NCBI GenBank assembly: GCA_030141605.1 | Contig: JAQGDQ010000202.1 | Coordinates: 1-64,000 of the forward strand | Length of the DNA: 64,000 nt | Source of the DNA: Tubiluchus corallicola | Taxonomy: Eukaryota; Animalia; Priapulida | Direction of reading: 5' to 3' | Part shown: piece after piece, positions 59,780 to 64,000 of the stretch | How positions within the stretch are numbered: position 1 is the first letter of the stretch | Layout: each line of letters opens with the position of its first letter | Translations under genes and position numbers: made by a program | Notes under the pieces: model-generated | The model's input: only the letters and a program-made list of their open reading frames with translations | Database searches by the model: none | Told to the model about the DNA's origin: nothing

Positions 59780-62700
59780 CTTTTTTCAAACTTGCTGAAA
59801 CAAGCACCCAATAAAAACTTTATGTATAGTAAATATCAGTTGATAAACATGCATTTTTATAGAACATGGGTTGGAGGTGCTGCATATTTGACAGGTTTTT
59901 AGTTTTACTCAAGTACATTTTACATTTTGTATGCTTCATTTCAAGTCTTCACATGTAGCATTCAAGAAGCGTAAAAAAAATCTTATATTCAAATGCAATT
60001 TGTGCATACAGAACTTCATAATTTTTATTGAAAAATTTTGGAAAGAGGCAGTTTGCACAAAAATACTGTCTTCTAGCAAAATTTTGACACTGTCTGTCTT
60101 ATGTAAAATATTACAAATACTTTGGCCTAACAGAAATGAGCAATGACAATATATTCCAATACAGCAGACAGTGTTGACTCCTAAAAAGGAAACATACTAA
60201 CTGGCAATCACTGCTCAAGTGTGCTGAACACACATTTGCGATACTACAATTATAGTACTGTGTAGTGTCAAAGCCTGTTGATATAAAGTAGAATGTAGTA
60301 CCAATGAGACAGATTTTGAAACTGTAAATCAAAATAATTGCTGCAAGGATGATGAAGGGTCAATAAAAAATGAACAGTTATTAACACAAAAGTGCTTAAC
60401 AGAATATCAAAGTACAATAAATAACCTAAACAGATTGAATAAAAACCTCCAAAAATTACAAAAAATATTTATTTTGCAATGTATTTAACAAAATAGTTAA
60501 AAATAATGACCACCAGTTAAACTGTTAGTCATGGTATCAGCACACTTAAACACTGTAAAAGTTACCCAAACACAAAGATCATAATAAAGGTCACCATGAT
60601 ACTAGATTTGAAATATAAAAAGCACTACATGATTAGAGCTGCCAGAAGCTAAAGCAACAAAATAACTGAGAATCTACAACAGTCCACCCATGGATTGGTA
60701 AGAACTCACCACTGTAAGCTCCCCACCAAAGCAGACACCTAGCAATGAAAGCATTTCCAACATTTCAGAATGAAAACCGAATCTGCAGTCACACATGTCT
60801 GCGTGGTCTTCTTGCATGAATTATATTAAATATGTATTTGACACAGAGGTGCTTTCAAATATGGACATCAAATTGTGATATACATAACTTTGCACACAGT
60901 TAAAGTGATGGTAACACTTAGAGGCACTATAGTTGCTCATCAGCATAGGTTTTATAATAGGTCTTTACGAATTTCTCTTTTACTATTGCACTCATTTCGT
61001 TTTTTTACCAAGTTGCTGAACCCAACACAAATTGCTGCACGACAATTACTATATTATTATCCAGTAAGTGCAACTGAAAACAATTATCACACGAACGGTA
61101 GTCTTACTGCAAGAATTTACCAAGCCATGTAAAACTAATTTAAAGCACAAGAAATCCTCAACTTACATAAAGCTTAAAAAATTCGCCTTGAAATTTTATA
61201 CCACTTACATACTGCCTTTTTGCATATTGGACTTGCATCAGCAATAACGCCGAATAAAACATGTAAATTTAAACTCCCGTGATCACCGAAAGACGCAGCC
61301 ATTCTGACGATAAGTCATTGGAAACAATTTTAGATAACATTCTGTACAGTTTGAAAAATAATCAGAGCATTCGTAGCGCACTAACTAAGTAAAATGAAAA
61401 CAAAACAAACAAAGAATCCTTTCAACATGAGCACAATATGTGCATAAAATTGCTATAAAGTAATATAATTTCTTAAGGTGATTTTTCTGAAACCTACTTT
61501 AGGTATCCCCTTTTCTTGTCTTCTAAGCAAGAGCTACTCATAAAAACTTGAACAAAATAAATATACATGGTAAACAATCATGGTAAAATCAAATTATGTT
61601 AATAGATTTTGACAAATATCTTCAGGAAATGGAAATAAAGCTGATGATAGTAAAAAATGTCTGTTTTATACAGTTCATTGATTATATGGCACATTTCTTT
61701 TAACATCAGCCACTGTGTTATGAAAATTAAAAATGTGTTGCCTCGTTCAAGAGCACCAGGCAGCCAAGTGACAAATGAATGGTCCAAATTTTCTAAAACA
61801 CACGAGTGTTCCAGTGATGCACTTGTTAAAAAATTATATTTACTTAGAGAGAAAATAGGCCAAGATTTTGACACCCCAGTAAATGCAGAAAGATGAAAGA
61901 TACGTGCGATTAGTGTAGTTATTGATTTAAGGGCGTGCGAAAGCCTGCTGAAAAACGTGTATCATGTATAATAATGCACGGGTCTGGACAAGTCATCACG
62001 TGTATTTAAGGAAACCAACAAAAATCTTTGCTTCAATATAAAAATGGTCAAGTCAGCACATCAACATGATACTATGCTGGTTTCATACAGTCAGTAGGTG
62101 CGAAGTCTGCTACTTCATCTGCAGGCCAGTAAGCCAATAAAGCAAAGCTGTCAGTCAGTCAGCTAGCCACAATTAGTATGTAGTCCTATATACCTTACTG
62201 CACTAGGTCATACCTTTTTTATCCACATATTTTTGTAACTTATAAAATTTTACTTTGTCAATTTGTTTTAACTGACTTAGTATCATAGAAGTATATAATG
62301 AAAATGTGAATACTAAAATATGCTATAAAGAAAATAACTTACCTCAAATAATCATTCTGCACATTACAATGATTTTACACAGTCAAACTCTTCACAATGT
62401 TCTCAGCTTTGTTTCCTGAAGATAATTCACATTATCTAGTTTTCATTACTTGGATTTTTATTCCCTTGATCTCAGCTCACCAAAGACTGAAACAAACCCA
62501 GAAATTTATTAGATACTACTTTCTCATTTTTCCTGGGCCATTTTACCATGCCATTTTTTTCTGTGCCATTTTTACCTATGCCACTTTCATCTATATTCTA
62601 TTCTAACAGATAAGCTGCATCCCTAATATACTAGCAACAACCATCTCGTTGGTCAACTTAAAAATGGGTGGAATTTTTTACTGACTCTATATCCAAAACT

Positions 62701-64000
62701 ACCTAGCTTGATCAATTCTAGCACAGCACAAAACTTTATATCTTTCAGAAATGAGCTAGATTTTCACCTATCCGCTATGTCGGGAACCCGGTGACCATTT
62801 TGATTTTCTTTTTTTTGCTTATTGGACTATTTAAATAACTTGCATCCTTTATCATGTCTAGCAGCAGCTTTTTAGATTCGCCAATGTTGAATGAATAAAA
62901 ATAATTTGCTTTTTGTTTTTATAACAAATCTTTAGATGAAACAGTTAATATAATTACTTGCACAACTGGAATATTTTCGTTTTATGTGGCAGCAATTTTT
63001 GAAATGAAAATAACAGAGGGGATTGTTTAAGTCCAACTACCGTGGAATAGATATCATAATCACTTCTTAATACTATCTTACTGAATTTCTTTCGATTTAT
63101 AATTGCAGCCATTTTGTAATTTGCATTTTTGACCCTTTTCTTGTAATTTTTCAAGCTGGTCACAGACTTTCCGGATTCACCACAGTCAAATTAACAAGGC
63201 TGGCTAAGAGACTACATCTAAAAAAACGCCACTAGAACAACACATTTACAGAACGTTCTTCTACTTCTAGTCTAGTCACTTAAATAATAATCTTTCTTAC
63301 TGTAAAAAGTTTTAAAGATTTAATACTAATTTACCTATTGTCGAATGCTTGTCACGTCTTTACCTCTATTATAGACAATAAGCAAGTAGAATTTCGTGAA
63401 ATAAACTAAATTTTAAGCTAAAATGGTCGCAGGCAGCCAACTGCTCAATGTTGAACTTGAAAATTGCTATTCAATTTCAATGAGTTTTTGCTACAATGCA
63501 CTTTGTGGCGACAGTGACATGTACTGGTGACAAAAATTATTCTAAAGAGGAAAAAATTATTTTATTCCAATCACATTTTTGATTGTAACTCTAATTCTAA
63601 TCACTTACAATTATATACTATCGGTATCAATTTTTCCACTTAGTCACTTAGAGACAGTGCATACAATAAGGGAGTGACTGAGATAGTCATGAGTGCACAA
63701 TGGGTTTGTGATATGCTCATGTGCGTTACGCTTCGTCATTAATGGCATTTTGGTGGCAATAACTTGGTGTTTCTTCTAGATGAATGTCATCAAACCTGAC
63801 TGGCTAACTGACATACAGATAACTGGCTAATATGTATCTGAGAAAATTCTTTTTTAATAGTAAATACCTGGAACGAGCTTCCACAAGTAGCCACAAATGC
63901 ATCTACAGTAAATCAATTCAAAGGTGCTATTCACGCCACAAATAAAATTGTAAAATAGAAGTGTGTATTACATAACCCAGAAAGATTTTCTGCAAACTCA

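Noticed and set aside
54900-60400. Intronic box C/D snoRNAs or a SECIS element
   Set aside because: Isolated TGATGA/ATGA words lack properly placed partner boxes or terminal stems.

Overview
This is an AT-rich animal (probably lophotrochozoan-type invertebrate; inference only) genomic window, not prokaryotic. The left half (1-33.5 kb) is repeat-dense. It holds a 71-bp satellite, LINE remnants, hAT MITEs, non-autonomous Helitrons (including a head-to-tail array), a decayed Dada-like DDE transposon with a tRNA-mimicking end, and a ~4-5 kb tandem duplication that shows filled and empty TE insertion sites side by side. It also holds a hand-assembled 6-exon gene for an unknown 153-aa single-pass membrane protein that is absent from the ORF track. 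The right half holds a multi-exon ZC3H13 gene (m6A writer subunit, minus strand). Its last intron carries a young, near-intact Gmr1-like Gypsy LTR retrotransposon (integrase upstream of RT, 988-bp LTRs, CTTGG TSD, tRNA-Leu PBS). An intronless DDX49/DBP8 DEAD-box helicase CDS lies just upstream on the same strand. All alignments were done by eye; family names come from recalled motifs, not database searches.
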